Part shown: positions 17,854-29,800 of the stretch, one piece after another | How positions within the stretch are numbered: position 1 is the stretch's first letter | Layout of the letters: each line of letters begins with the position of its first letter | NCBI GenBank assembly: GCA_965112735.1 | Contig: OZ218957.1 | Span: 620,001-684,000 of the forward strand | Length of the DNA stretch: 64,000 nucleotides | Reading direction: 5' to 3' | DNA from: Phaeosaccion multiseriatum | Taxonomy: Eukaryota > Protista > Ochrophyta, other classes | Position numbers and translations under genes: made by a program | The notes under the pieces: generated by a model | What the model saw: only the letters and a program-made list of their open reading frames with translations | Told to the model about the DNA's origin: nothing | Databases searched by the model: none

Positions 17854-20800
17854 CCCCCCCTCCTCCTCCTCTTCCTCTTCGTCCTCTTCATCTCCGGCGG
17901 CAGAGTCGTAGGCCTCATAGGGCGCGTCGGGCTTCTCCCATACGCTCTCCTCTGTCACCGTGTTAAAGTAAAAGTACGTCTGATGGGTCTCATCAAAGCC
18001 CTCAATCCACACCGGACCATCCTCATCTTCCCCTTCCCCTTCCCTTCCCTCTCCCCCCTCCCCCCCACCCTCCTTCTCTCCTTCACTTAGAGACTGCCCA
18101 TGGTCTGCTGACCCTTGAGTATGCTCTTCCCACGCCTCTGAGTCGTCTCGGTCGCCTCTCAGTCGCTCCGCTGGGGAAGCTTCCATCGTTCCCTCCCACT
18201 CGTCCTCCTCCTCCCCTCCCCCCTCCCCCTTCTCCTTGTCCTTCCCATCAGAGTCTTCGTGCCCATCGGGGGGTAGATCGGGTTCGAAGTAGTCCTCCTC
18301 ATCCTCCTCTTCCTCGGAATTGAAGATGTCACTCGGCACACCATCGCCCTCTTCCTCCTCCCCCTCCTTCTCTCCACCGTCTTTACCTTTGCCTTTGCCT
18401 GACAGACTAACTCGCACACGCCCATGCCCCTCGGTCTTCTTCCCCCCGTCACCCTCGTCATCAATGTCACCATCCAAGTCGTCGCCGTGCTGTGATGATT
18501 GCGAGTGAACGGTGCTAGCCTTATCGTGGTCGCTATCGTGACCACTGGTAGCGGCGTCGTCGTCGTCGTGCTCCTCCTCTCCCTCGCTTTGCTGTTCACT
18601 CTCACTATCGTCCGAGTCGGAGGCGAGGGGCTCAGCCACCTTCTTGCTCGCCAGCCTCTGCCGCAAACGCTGTCCTGCTGTCAGTTTGAGGTCCACTCTT
18701 CCCCCCCCTCCCTGCTCCTCCCCGTCTTCCTCCGCGTCCTCCTCCACCTCCACCTCCACCTCCTCCTCCCCCTTCTTCTCCTTCTTCTCCTCCTCTTCCT
18801 CCTCCTCCTCCTCCTCGTCGTCGACATCTGTATGTTCCAGAACGTCGCTCCCGTCCTCTGCAGCCCGCTCCTTCGTGCAGAAGGTGTCGTCTTCGTCGTC
18901 GCCAACCCTTACCTCTTCTTCTTTGACCACCGGCACCCCTCCGTCGTCTTGCTGCTTCTTCTTCTTCTGCTCCCCACGGGTCTCCTCCTCCTCCCCATCC
19001 GCAGTCGTGCCACCACTGCTTGTGACAGGGGAAGTAGTGCCCCCCACCCCCTCCTCCACCTTCACCTCTACTTCCATCTCGCCCTCCTCCCTCACCTGCC
19101 TCAACTCCGCGGCCTGAATGGCGGCCATGATCTCTGACTGCTGCCCGATCCATCCCACGTACTGCTTCAGCGCCGGACTGTTGGGCTCCTCCTTCTCCAT
19201 AACGAGCAAGAGACTGCGCATGGCCGCCTTGACGAGTGCGGCCCTTCTGGATGCCTCCATGGTCAGCGCTCGTCGCTTATCCGAGTGCGCACAGAATGCC
19301 TCTTCTCTCTCCCTCTCCTTTAGCGAAGCAGCAGCAGCAGCAGCTCCTCCTTCGCCGCCGCCACCACCACCACCACCACCACCACCCTCACCTTCCTCAT
19401 CTTCATCATCGTCTTCGTCTTCATCCTCCAACAGACCCATGCCAGCAACGGTAGCACGGAACTCAGCCAGCCTCACCTTACCCTGCCCATATGCCTGCTG
19501 CTGTATCACCAACTGCTGTTGCTGTTGCTTCCCGTCCTCGTCCCCACCCTTGCCTGCCTGGCCTGGGCAGAGGCTCAACAGCACACCAAGCGCTGTGGCT
19601 GCTGTCTGCGTCTCTTGGCGCTTGTCCTCCAGCCAATCGTTGAAGGCGCACTCCTCCAGAAACTCCGCTGTGGTGCTGTTGGCAGTATTCGCATCGTCGC
19701 CAATCGCTGCTGCAACAGTTTCAGTTTCAGCTTGTTGCCCCTTTCCTCCCTCTCGTCGCCCCCCACCTCCCAGTAAGCTATCCTCACCACCACCACTCCT
19801 ACTAGGGGGGAGGCTGAGGGAGGGGGAGGAGGCCGTTGCTACGGCTGCTCCTCCTCCTCCTCCTCCTCCTCCTGCTGCTGCTGCCGCTGCTGCTGCTTGG
19901 TTGCTACCTCTGTGACCAGCCTCTCGCGCCCTCGCCAGCCGCTCCTTGACCGTCAGGGTCAGAGGGTCGAACATCTCCTCACCCTTGGAAGGAGAAGAAG
20001 AGGAGGAAGAAGGCATGGGCATTGTCTGAGACGCCCATTCCTTCCCTCCTCTCCCACTGTTGGAACCGCCACCACCAACCATGTGGCCGCTGGACCGAAG
20101 GACACCCCCCCGCCCGGCCGCCTTGGTGGGTGAGGAGGAAGCCGCCAAGCTGCTTCCTCTCCTGCCCCAGGGCGGGTCGAGCTCAAAGGTCCGCCCGAAC
20201 ACCACCTCCTTACAGATGGAGCGAGACCTTCCTCGCTGCTGCCCCTCGTGACTGACCACCCCAGTGGCACTCCTGTGAGCAATCGGCCTTGCCAGCTCCG
20301 CGTCTCTCTCCCGTTGCCCCTGGGGACTCCTCCTCCTCCCCGCTCCTCCTCCTCCTCCTCCTGCCCCCCCCCCTCCTCCTCCTCCTCCTCCGCTACCCCC
20401 CCTCGTCCCCGACATGGTTGCGGCCATCGCCGCCGCCGCCGCCGCCGCCGCTTCCTCTCTCTCATAAGCTGCCATCCTCACGGCCTCATCCTCCCTTCGC
20501 TTCAGCGACTTGGCCCACTCATTGGAGCGCTCTTCGTCTCTCCTCAGTTGTTCGCGTGCAGACAGCCGTTGTCTCTCTCTCCCTCGTTGCGCTCCTCCTC
20601 CTTCTCCTCCTCCACCACCAAGGGTGCGTCCAATCGAAGTAGTAGCAGCAGCAGTGGTCATGGTGGCGGCGGCAGTCGTGGCAGAGAACCATACCCCCAC
20701 ACCTACAGTACTTCCCAGACCTCCTCCTCCTCCTCCTGCTCCCCCTCCCCCTCCTCCTCCTCTTCTTCCTCCTCCTCCCCTCGCACTCGGCGGCAAAGGA

Positions 20801-23800
20801 CGATCGTCGACCGATCGTACGTGTGGCAAAAGACCAATGAGGGTGGGGCGGTAAGCAGGGAGAGAGGCGAGGGCGTTCCCAGCCAAGACCAAGTCGCGCA
20901 ACTTGCGATTGAAGCTGAGTGGTCTCACCGCCATTGGGTTGGCAATGGCGTTGTCCCCCAAGTTGAGGTGCTCCAGACTACCGAGGTGCTCCAGACCGGC
21001 CACTTGTTTGATGCTGTTGCCCTCGAGGTTGAGAGCGATGAGCTGACTGCACCCAGCAAGGGCGGTGCCGATCTTTGTGAGCCGATTGTTGGATGCGTTG
21101 AGGGTCTGCAGCGTCTGCGGCAAGTAGTACCTGGCCGGCTGCTTCTGCTTACCACCACCCTCTCCTCCTCCTCCTCCTCCTCCTCCTCCTTGTTGTTGTT
21201 GTTCGTCTCCTTCTTCCCCTCCGGGTATTGGCGCCAAACGACACAGGAGGTTGTTGCTGACATCAAGATGTCTCAGCTGCGGCAGGCTGCGTAACACGGC
21301 CCCGTCCAACACTTGCAACTGGTTGCAGCTTAGCACCAACGTGTGCAGCTGGGCGGGCGAAGACGAGCCCAAGCCCAAGCACTCCTCCATAGCCAGTCCG
21401 ACGTGGGGTGCCATCCGGTCGAGACCGACTCCGGACATGATGAGAGCCCCGTCCTCCACACGCACCACAGATGGCGGCGACGCAAAGCCCTCTTCTCCCT
21501 CCCCTCTCCCCCTCCCCCTCCCCCTCCCCACCCCGCCCTCCCCCTCCCCGCTGAAGCATGACATGCCGGTCATGGCCATGGTGAGGGCGAGATCCTCCTC
21601 TCCATCGTCGCCATCTGCATGCCCCCCGTGCTTGCCCCGCCCCTTCTTCCGCTGGTGCTGCTGCCGCTTGTGCTTCTTAGCGTCGTCGTCGTCGTCTTCG
21701 TCCTCGAACGAGGAAGAAGAAAAGATGGAGTCCGGGCTATCTTGTCCATCCTGCTGTTGCTGCTGTATCACCAACTGCTGCTGCTGCTGCTGGCGGTGGC
21801 CGCGTAGGTCTTCCAGAACGGCATGGGATGCACTGAATTCTGTGGTTCGCCACACCTTGTCCCCCTCTGCCCCACCAGCACGGGTCGGCGAGGAGGAGGG
21901 GAAGTAGGCAGTAGGAGGCGGGGTTTGGGGGCGGTGGTTTCCGCGTCTGCTTACTGACGTAGAGGCGAGACCCTTGGGACTGAGGCAGCCCGGCTTGCGC
22001 TGCAAAGCTGCCTTATCCACAACCACCTCCTCCTGAAGCTGCTGTATCACCAACGGCTGCGGTTGGCTGTCTCGATGATGACCGACGACGTCTGAGGATG
22101 CCTGATGCTCCACGGGACTGCACCCCCCCCCACCATCTTCGCTCCCGTCCAGCAGGGCATCCGCAGCAGTTGGTCGTACGCTAAAGGCGCTACCTTTCCT
22201 CCCATTGCCCCCTATCTGCTGCTGTATCACCAACTGCTGCTGCTGCTGCCTCGTTCGGTCGTCCTCCAACAGAAGATCAAAGGCCCCGCGCCCGTTCACA
22301 GCGCAGTCACTTTGACCCTCATCCGCAGCAGTTGGTGATTCAGCGCGTCTCGACGCCTGTCGCTGGCACTGACGCTTCTGCTGCATCACCAACTGCTGGG
22401 GATCGCTCGAGTCGGCCTGTGAGCTCAGCGACGACTTGCGAACAGCGTCTCGGAGCTTGGCCCACCGAGATTGCCCCCCAGGGGAGGCCTTTGCCTTGGA
22501 AAGACTCTTTGACGAACCGTTGTGAATCTTGCTACCGCTGCTGCTGCCATTGCTCTCATAGTGGCTTTGCTGCCGCTGCTGGTGGTTGTGGTGGTTGCGA
22601 TGGTGCTGGCGGTGTTGATGGTGGTGGTGGTGGTTCTGCTGCTGGTGATGGTGGTGAGCGTGGTGATGATGCTGATGCGGGTGCTGCTGGTGTTGGTGAT
22701 CCCGACTCTCCACAGTGAGTGTTGGCGACGGCGGCCCGTTGGAGTCCCACAATACCTTGTTGTTGGAGCCGTAACCGTCGCCATGCGCACCCGCGCCCTT
22801 GTTGCCTGTGTGGCTCGAAGAGGCGATTCGCCCCCCGCCACGAGGAGACCCAGCCGAGTGTCTCCCTCCTCCTGCCCCTGCTACCGCGGCCGCTGCCACC
22901 GGCGACCGAGGCGAATGCGAGTGTGGGTGCGCGTGTGCCTTCCCACCCCTCTGCTGCGGCACCGGAAGAACCTCGGAGCCGTCGGAGTCCTCCGACGCAA
23001 AAAGAATATCGTCCTCACTGCGCTGCATCGTAGTCTGGAGGTCCACGCCACTGGTCGTTTTGACGCGTAGGCTGCCATCGCCGTCTCTCGACGGCTGCGA
23101 GGCCTGCTCTCCGTGCGGCGGCTGTATCACCAACTGCTCTGCGTTTTTCTCCCCCTCCTCCTCCTCTGTGTCGCTGTACATGGTCTCCAAATGGCTTCTG
23201 GAAGTCTCTGCGGAGGACGAAGGACCAACACCTGCAGCAGCACCCTCTGCAGACGAGGATGCAGTCGTCGAACTGCTACCGTTCCGCGGCTGCTTCTTCC
23301 CCCCCGTGGCAGCCCTCTGGTTGCCGCCAATCTGTGCGCCAACAGGCAGAGACGCCGCTCGCACGTGCCCCCGTCCACCAGCAACCCCGTTCGTGGCCGC
23401 AGCAGTGATGCTGGCTTTTGCTGTATCACCAACTGCTTCTGCTGCCCTTGCTACTTGGCGGCTACTGCCCCCCCCTCTACGGCTTTTGATGCTGTTCACA
23501 CGAGCTGTTGCGTCCACCGGCGCCCCCTCAACCCCGTCCGTCTTGGTCTGTACACCGTTTGCTGCCACCATCGCGTCCATTCTGCCTTGCCCCCTGCCGC
23601 CCCCCTCCTGGGGCTTTTCACCACGCCCCTCTCCATCCCCCTCACCCTTCCCCTCCTCGCTGTCGCCCGCCCCCCCCCCCTCCTCCTTCTCGTCGTGGTC
23701 GTCGTCGTCCTCTTCATTGAACGACATCTCACAGTCGAAAGACGTAGACTCCCTAACGCCCCCTCCTTCTTCCTCCCGCACCCCCCTCCCCTCCTCCTCT

Positions 23801-25597
23801 CCTGCTCCACCTCCTTGACTGACCTCCTCTAAGCTATGCTTCTGCTCTCCCCCTACCTCTTCGCCGTCATCCCCCCCCTCCCCCCTCGTGGTTCTTTGCC
23901 GGCTGAAGCCTCCTCGATCTCCCCCCGCTCCTGCCGACCCCCCCTCCAGCTTTCCTCGGCAAGAAGCCATGCCTCTCTGGCGACCACTCCCATCACCAAC
24001 ACCCTCACTACCCAACAGATCGCCGTCGTCCCTCACGTTTAGACTCAGCCCCCCCCAGCGATCGGAGCTCTCCCTCTTGGTCCCTGGCAGAGACATGGGA
24101 GAGCTGCTCAACTCTTCGGGCAAACCATGACCCAGGCCGGATGTCCCTGCTCCTCCTGTATCACCAACTCCTCTAGCTGCTATATCACCGACTGCAGCTC
24201 CTGCTGTTTCCGCCGCGGCACTCTCGTGCAGCAGTGGTGGGTGTGCTTGGGAGTGGCCGAATACCCACTGCTCCTGCTCTCGTCCCAAGAACGGCAAGCG
24301 CCTGCTCTGGCGAAGGCGATTCACCATGGCGGTCTCAAACCCGCTGAGTCCTATGCACTGCTTGGCCCCCATCGAGGAGCGGCGCCGGGGGGAGAGGCTG
24401 GCATCTTGATTTCCCCCCACCCCTCCTCCTCCTCCTCCTCCTCCTCCTCCTCCTCCGGAAGGCACACCATAGGTTGATATGACTTGAAGGGGCTCGTTCT
24501 TCTTTATGGTCGTTCCTAGCACGGCTTTCATGGCGGGCCCGAGCTCGGTGGGGCCTAACATTGACCCACCGCTACTGCCGTTGAGCTGCTGCTGCTGCTC
24601 CTGCTGCTGCAGGGAGGGTCGCGTGTTGGTGGTACGGCTAGAACTGCTGCCAGCACTGCCCTTGCCGCCCCGTCCGGCGGTGTTGGTGAAGAACACATGC
24701 CGGATGTCGAGGAGGGAGTCGCACGTCTGCAGGACCTGACACAGCTCCGTCAAAGTCCCCAACAGCCCCCCCCCCCCCTCCTCCTCTGCTCCTGCGCCGC
24801 TTCCTCCTCCTCCTCCGCCACCCCGCTTGCCACCACCACCACCAGCACCAGCACTACCACCGCCTCCTTGCGTCACAGACCCAGTGCTATCAAAGTTCAG
24901 ACCAGAGCTCCCCCCGCCACTGTCCAGCTTGAGGCCGTAGCAGAAGCTGAGGTCATTGCAATCCTCTGGGGTGGCCTCGGGCCCCACCTGGGTGCGCCAC
25001 ACTTCCAGCTGATCCTCCAGCAGCTCCGCTAGCGCACGCACACCCACGATGGTGAGGCTGGGGTTGCCTCGTAAGTCCATCTTACGCACCACTGGCAAGA
25101 CCCTCAGCACATCAGCCAGCACCTGAGGGGGGAAGAACAAGGAGGCGCAACGAGAGAGAGCTGAGTGGGAAATTGGTTCCCAAATCATCGTTGGCTGTGT
25201 CCCTCCCAACCCTTAGGCCTCAAAACCAACCCGAGCTCCCCCCCACCATATACTTGTCTCCCTCCGAATCCGCGAAATAGCAAAGCCACGACGGCTACGA
25301 AAAGCTCCCCTTCCCCCCTCCTGTCGCACTCACCTCGACATGGCCGTCCTCCAAGCCGCACTTGCGCAAGTCCAGCTTGTAGAGCCGCATGCTCCCATCC
25401 TTGGCGCTCGAGGCTCGGAGAAGCTCCTTCTGCAGCTTGGGAGGTAGGATGAGCTGCCTCTCCTGCGCCTTGGCCAAGAATTGCTCCTGAAAGCGCTTGG
25501 CTTGGTCCAGGGGCATTTCCCGGGCTGCCTTCCGTTGACGGTCCCGGTTCTTGTTAACCCCCGCCCCCGACAGCGAGAAGCTGAAGGTCCCCGTCAT
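17102..25597 (-). CDS. Giant (~2700 aa) largely disordered protein with N-terminal RNI-like LRRs, central SDS22-like LRR block, coiled coils and a WW domain; exon 1 25334-25597, exon 2 ~25122 to 17102 with an apparent 1-nt frameshift in the C19 run at 17842-17860
   Basis: LYKLDLRKCGL, RKMDLRGNPSL; LRHLDVSNNLL, LQTLNASNNRL, LIALNLEGNSI, LEHLNLGDNAI, cap YRPTLIGLLPHVRSVD; WW WIEGFDETHQTYFYFNTVTEESVWEKP; acidic frame continues stop-free to TAA at 17102. Confidence 0.8.
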
Positions 25598-26857
25598 GGT
25601 GGGGCCTCTCCACTGCCTGCCTTCTCTCTCCCCCTCCCCAAAGAGGGTAAAATAATTTTTCTCTCGCCGTTACACGAAACAAAATCGATTTTCGAGCGAA
25701 AAAAATCGACTCGATTTTCGAATCGGACGATCTCCTTCGTTTTTACCCTCTTATCGTTTTTGGATGTAAGATGGAGCCTTACAAATCGAGAGCATTGTTG
25801 CGAGGGAGACGAGGACGTCGAGAGAGGGCGGTCCGCGCTACTCTGATGAGGAGGTCACTCGCTACTGCACACGTGACCCGTTCATCAACCGCAGCAGTTG
25901 GTGGTACATGACGAGGAGGGGAAGCAAAGACGCTCCACTTCGAATGGCACGGACCTGTTGCCCAACGAAGAGCCAAGCTCCTCGCGGAGGTGTGCGCTGG
26001 AGGACTGACAGACCCTTCCCTGTGATGCCCTTCCTTGAGAGGCCCTTTCTCAGCTCCCAGCCACAGCCAAGCTCGCGCCGGGCCCCGTGGACGTGTGCAG
26101 AAACCCATCAGTCAGCAGGCAGGTGCCGCGTGAGGGGGGCGAAGACGTGCACTTCGCTCCGATTGTGCAGCTTCGGAGGCGAGGCGGCTCTATTTCCAAA
26201 GCGCAAAAGCAAAGGGGAAGCGCAAGCAAGTAGGCGGGTACTTCAACATCGCTTCCCCATCGCCACCCCCGCAACTACCACTCGTTCCTCCCCAACCATC
26301 ACCACTACCATCATCATCGTCTTGTTACCATTATCATCGTCTTGTTCGTGTACAGGCCAGAGCACCACATGGCCTGCCTGCCCACCCCACCGTGAAGCGT
26401 GAAGGGGCCGTGGGGGCGGCCGGGAACAGCTCGAGGCGTGTCAACTCCCCCCGCCTCTTTGCTGCCCCTACCCGGTATGCGTGCGTCTTGGCTCTCTCGC
26501 TCTCTCCGGCCTGAGGAGACAGCAAGCCCACCCAGGAGATGCGGTGGCTTCCTTTTACGTGTGTCGTCGCCGTCGGACCCCTCCTTTGAACCGTCAACTG
26601 GGCCTGCTGCGGCACGTCACTGGCTGGCTCTCGACCGGGCAGCCCAGCACTCTCCGGGCGGGACTTTAAAACGGACCACAACCCAGCCGCAGCCAGGCAG
26701 GCGTGGCATTCAGAGAGAATAGCAGCCAACAGGTGTATTTATTGATCTAGCCTAGTGTAGTGTAGTGCCGAGGGGAACGCCCTCCGAGGATCCCAAAGTG
26801 AGCACTGCCGACTGCCGAGAGAGTCTAGTGCTCACGCTGACTGCCAAGAGCAAGAAA

Positions 26858-29800
26858 ATGTCGGGCGTGCGGACGGGCGAGCGGGAAGCACTCGTGGCTT
26901 TCTTTCTCTCCACGAACGGTACCACGGCTGGACAAGAAGGCTGCGGCATACATGCTGTAGGCTGGTATATGGAAGGATGGAATAGCGCCACACCCGTGAG
27001 CGACTGGCACGGTGTGAGTGTGAAGAGCGAGACCATTACCAGGCTCGAGCTGAAAGCAGTAGAGCTAATGAGAGGTGAGGCAGGAAGGCCCAAGCAAGAA
27101 GAAGGAGCGACCTTCCCCACACTTTTGGCTGAGCGCGGCCCCAGTACTTATGTTAGGCACATTATTTCGGTTCCCCTGCCTCCGCCTCCCTTCTAATGCA
27201 CTCTGCGGGAGCAGGCCCCATCCCGCCGCCGCTGGGAGACCTCAAGAGCTTGCAACATCTGTGCCTGGAAAACAACCAGCTCAGCGGTGAGTGGGGAGGA
27301 GTCTCACTCATGTCCCTTCCGTTGAAGATGCTGGCCTATGTGAACTGAAGAACCTTGCTTCTGTACCCTCTGCAGGCCCCATCCCGCCGGAGCTGGGAGA
27401 CCTCAAGAGCTTGCAAGTGCTGCGCTTGTCGAACAACAAGCTCAGCGGTGAGTGGGGAGGAGTCTGAGTCATCTCCCTTCGCTTGAAGATGCTGGCCTAT
27501 GTGACTCGAAGAGCCTTGCTTCTATACCGTCCACAGGCCCCATCCCGCCGGAGCTGGGAGACCTCATGAGCTTGCAAGAAGGGCTGTGGCTGGATGAAAA
27601 CCAGCTCAGCGGTGAGTGGGGAGGAGTCTCCCTCATATATGTTCTTTCGCTTGAAGATGCTGGCAGGTGTGGACTGAAGAATCTTGTTTCTGTACCCTCT
27701 GCAGGCCCCATCCCGCCGCAGCTGGGAGCTCTCAAGAGCTTGAAAGAGCTGCGCTTGTCGAACAACAAGCTCAGCGGTGAGTGGGGAGGAGTCTCACTCA
27801 TGTCCCTTCGCTTGAAGATGCTGGCCTGTGTGAAATGAAGAGCCTTCCTTCTGTATCCTCTGCAGGCCCCATCCCGCCGGAGCTGGGAGACCTTAAGAGC
27901 TTGCAGCAGCTGCACCTGGACAACAACAAGCTCACCGGTGAGTGGGGAGGAGTCTCAGTCATGTCCCTTCGCTTGAAGATGCTGGCATGTGTGAACTGAA
28001 GAGCCTTCCTTCTGTACCCTGTGCAGGCCCCATCCCGCCGGAGGTGGGACACCTTAAGAGCTTGCTAGTGCTGTTGCTGGAAAACAATCAGCTCAGCGGT
28101 GAGTGGGGAGGAGTCTCAGTCATGCCCATTCGCTTGAAGATGCTGGCCTACGTGAAATGAAGAGCCTTGCTTCTGTACCCTCTGCCTGCAGGCGCCATCC
28201 CGCCGGAGCTGGGAGAACTCAAGAGCTTGCGAGGGCTGTGGTTTGAGAATAACGAGCTCAGCGGTGAGTGGGGAGGAGTCTCACTCATATATGTCCTTTG
28301 AACTGAAGAGCCTTGCTTCTGTACCCTCTGCAGGCACCCTCCCACCGGAGCTGGGAGATCTCAAGAGCTTGGAGCAGCTGCGCCTGAACAGCAACAAGCT
28401 CAGCGGTGAGTGGGGAGGAGTCTCAGTCAGTCATGTCCCTTCGCTTGAAGATGCTGGCAGGTGTGGACTGAAGAACCTTGCTTCTGTACCCTCTACAGGC
28501 CTCATCCCGCCGGAGCTGGGAGACCTCAAGAGCTTGCAACAGCTGCACCTGGACAACAACAAGCTCAGCGGTGAGTGGGGAGGAGTCTCAGTCAGTCATG
28601 TCCCTTCGCTGGAAGATGCTGGCATGTGTGAACTGAAGAATCTTGCTTCTGTGCCCTCTGCAGGCCCCATCCCGCCGGAGCTGGGAGACCTCAAGAGCTT
28701 GCAACAGCTGTTCCTGTGGGGCAACCAGCTCAGCGGTGAGTGGGGAGGAGTCTCACTGCTTGAAGACGCGGGCATGTGTGAACGGAAGAACCTTTCTTCT
28801 GTACCCTCTGCAGGCCCCATCCCGCCGGAGCTGGGAGACCTCATGAGCTTGGAGCAGCTGCACCTGCAAAACAATCAGCTCAGCGGTGAGTGGGGAGGAG
28901 TCTCACTGCTTGAAGATGCGGGTCTGTGTGAACTGAAGAGCCTTTCTTCTGTACCCTCTGCAGGCCCCATCCCGCCGGAGCTGGGAGACCTCATGAGCTT
29001 GGAGCAGCTGCACCTGCAAAACAATCAGCTCAGCGGTGAGTGGGGAGGAGTCTCACTGCTTGAAGATGCTGGCCTATGTGAACTGAAGAGCCTTGCTTCT
29101 GTACCCTCTGCAGGCCCCATCCCGCCGGAGCTGAGAGAGCTCAAGAGCTTGCAAGGGCTGCACCTGCAAAACAATCAGCTCAGCGGTGAGTGGGGAGGAG
29201 TCTCAGTCATGTCCCTTCGCTCGAAGATGCTGGCCTATGTGAACTGAAGAGCCTTGCTTCTGTACCCTCTGCAGGCCCCATCCCGCCGGAGCTGGGAGAC
29301 CTCAAGAGCTTGCAAGGGCTGTTGCTGGAAAACAACCAGCTCAGCGGTGAGTGGGGAGGAGTCTCACTGCTTGAAGATGCTGGCCTATGTGAACTGAAGA
29401 GCCTTGCTTCTGTACCCCCTGCAGGCCCCATCCCGCCGCAGCTGGGAGAGCTCAAGAGCTTGCAAGGGCTGCACCTGCAAAACAATCAGCTCAGCGGTGA
29501 GTGGGGAGGAGTTTCACTGCTTGAAGATGCTGGCATGTGTGAAGTGAAGAGCTTGCTTCTGTACTCTCTGCAGGCCCCATCCCGCCGGAGCTGGGAGACC
29601 TCAAGAGCTTGCAAGTGCTGCGCTTGACGACAAACAACCTCAGTGGTGAGTGGTGAGGAGTCTCACTGCTTGAAGATGCTGGCATGTGTGAACTGAAGAA
29701 CCTTGCTTCTGTACCCTCTGCAGGCCCCATCCCGCCGGAGCTGGGAGACCTCCAGAGCTTGCAACAGCTGTACCTGGACAACAACAAGCTCAGCGGTGAG

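Noticed and set aside
19118-24477. Many plus-strand ORFs of 100-350 aa
   Set aside because: Antisense shadows of the low-complexity minus-strand exon
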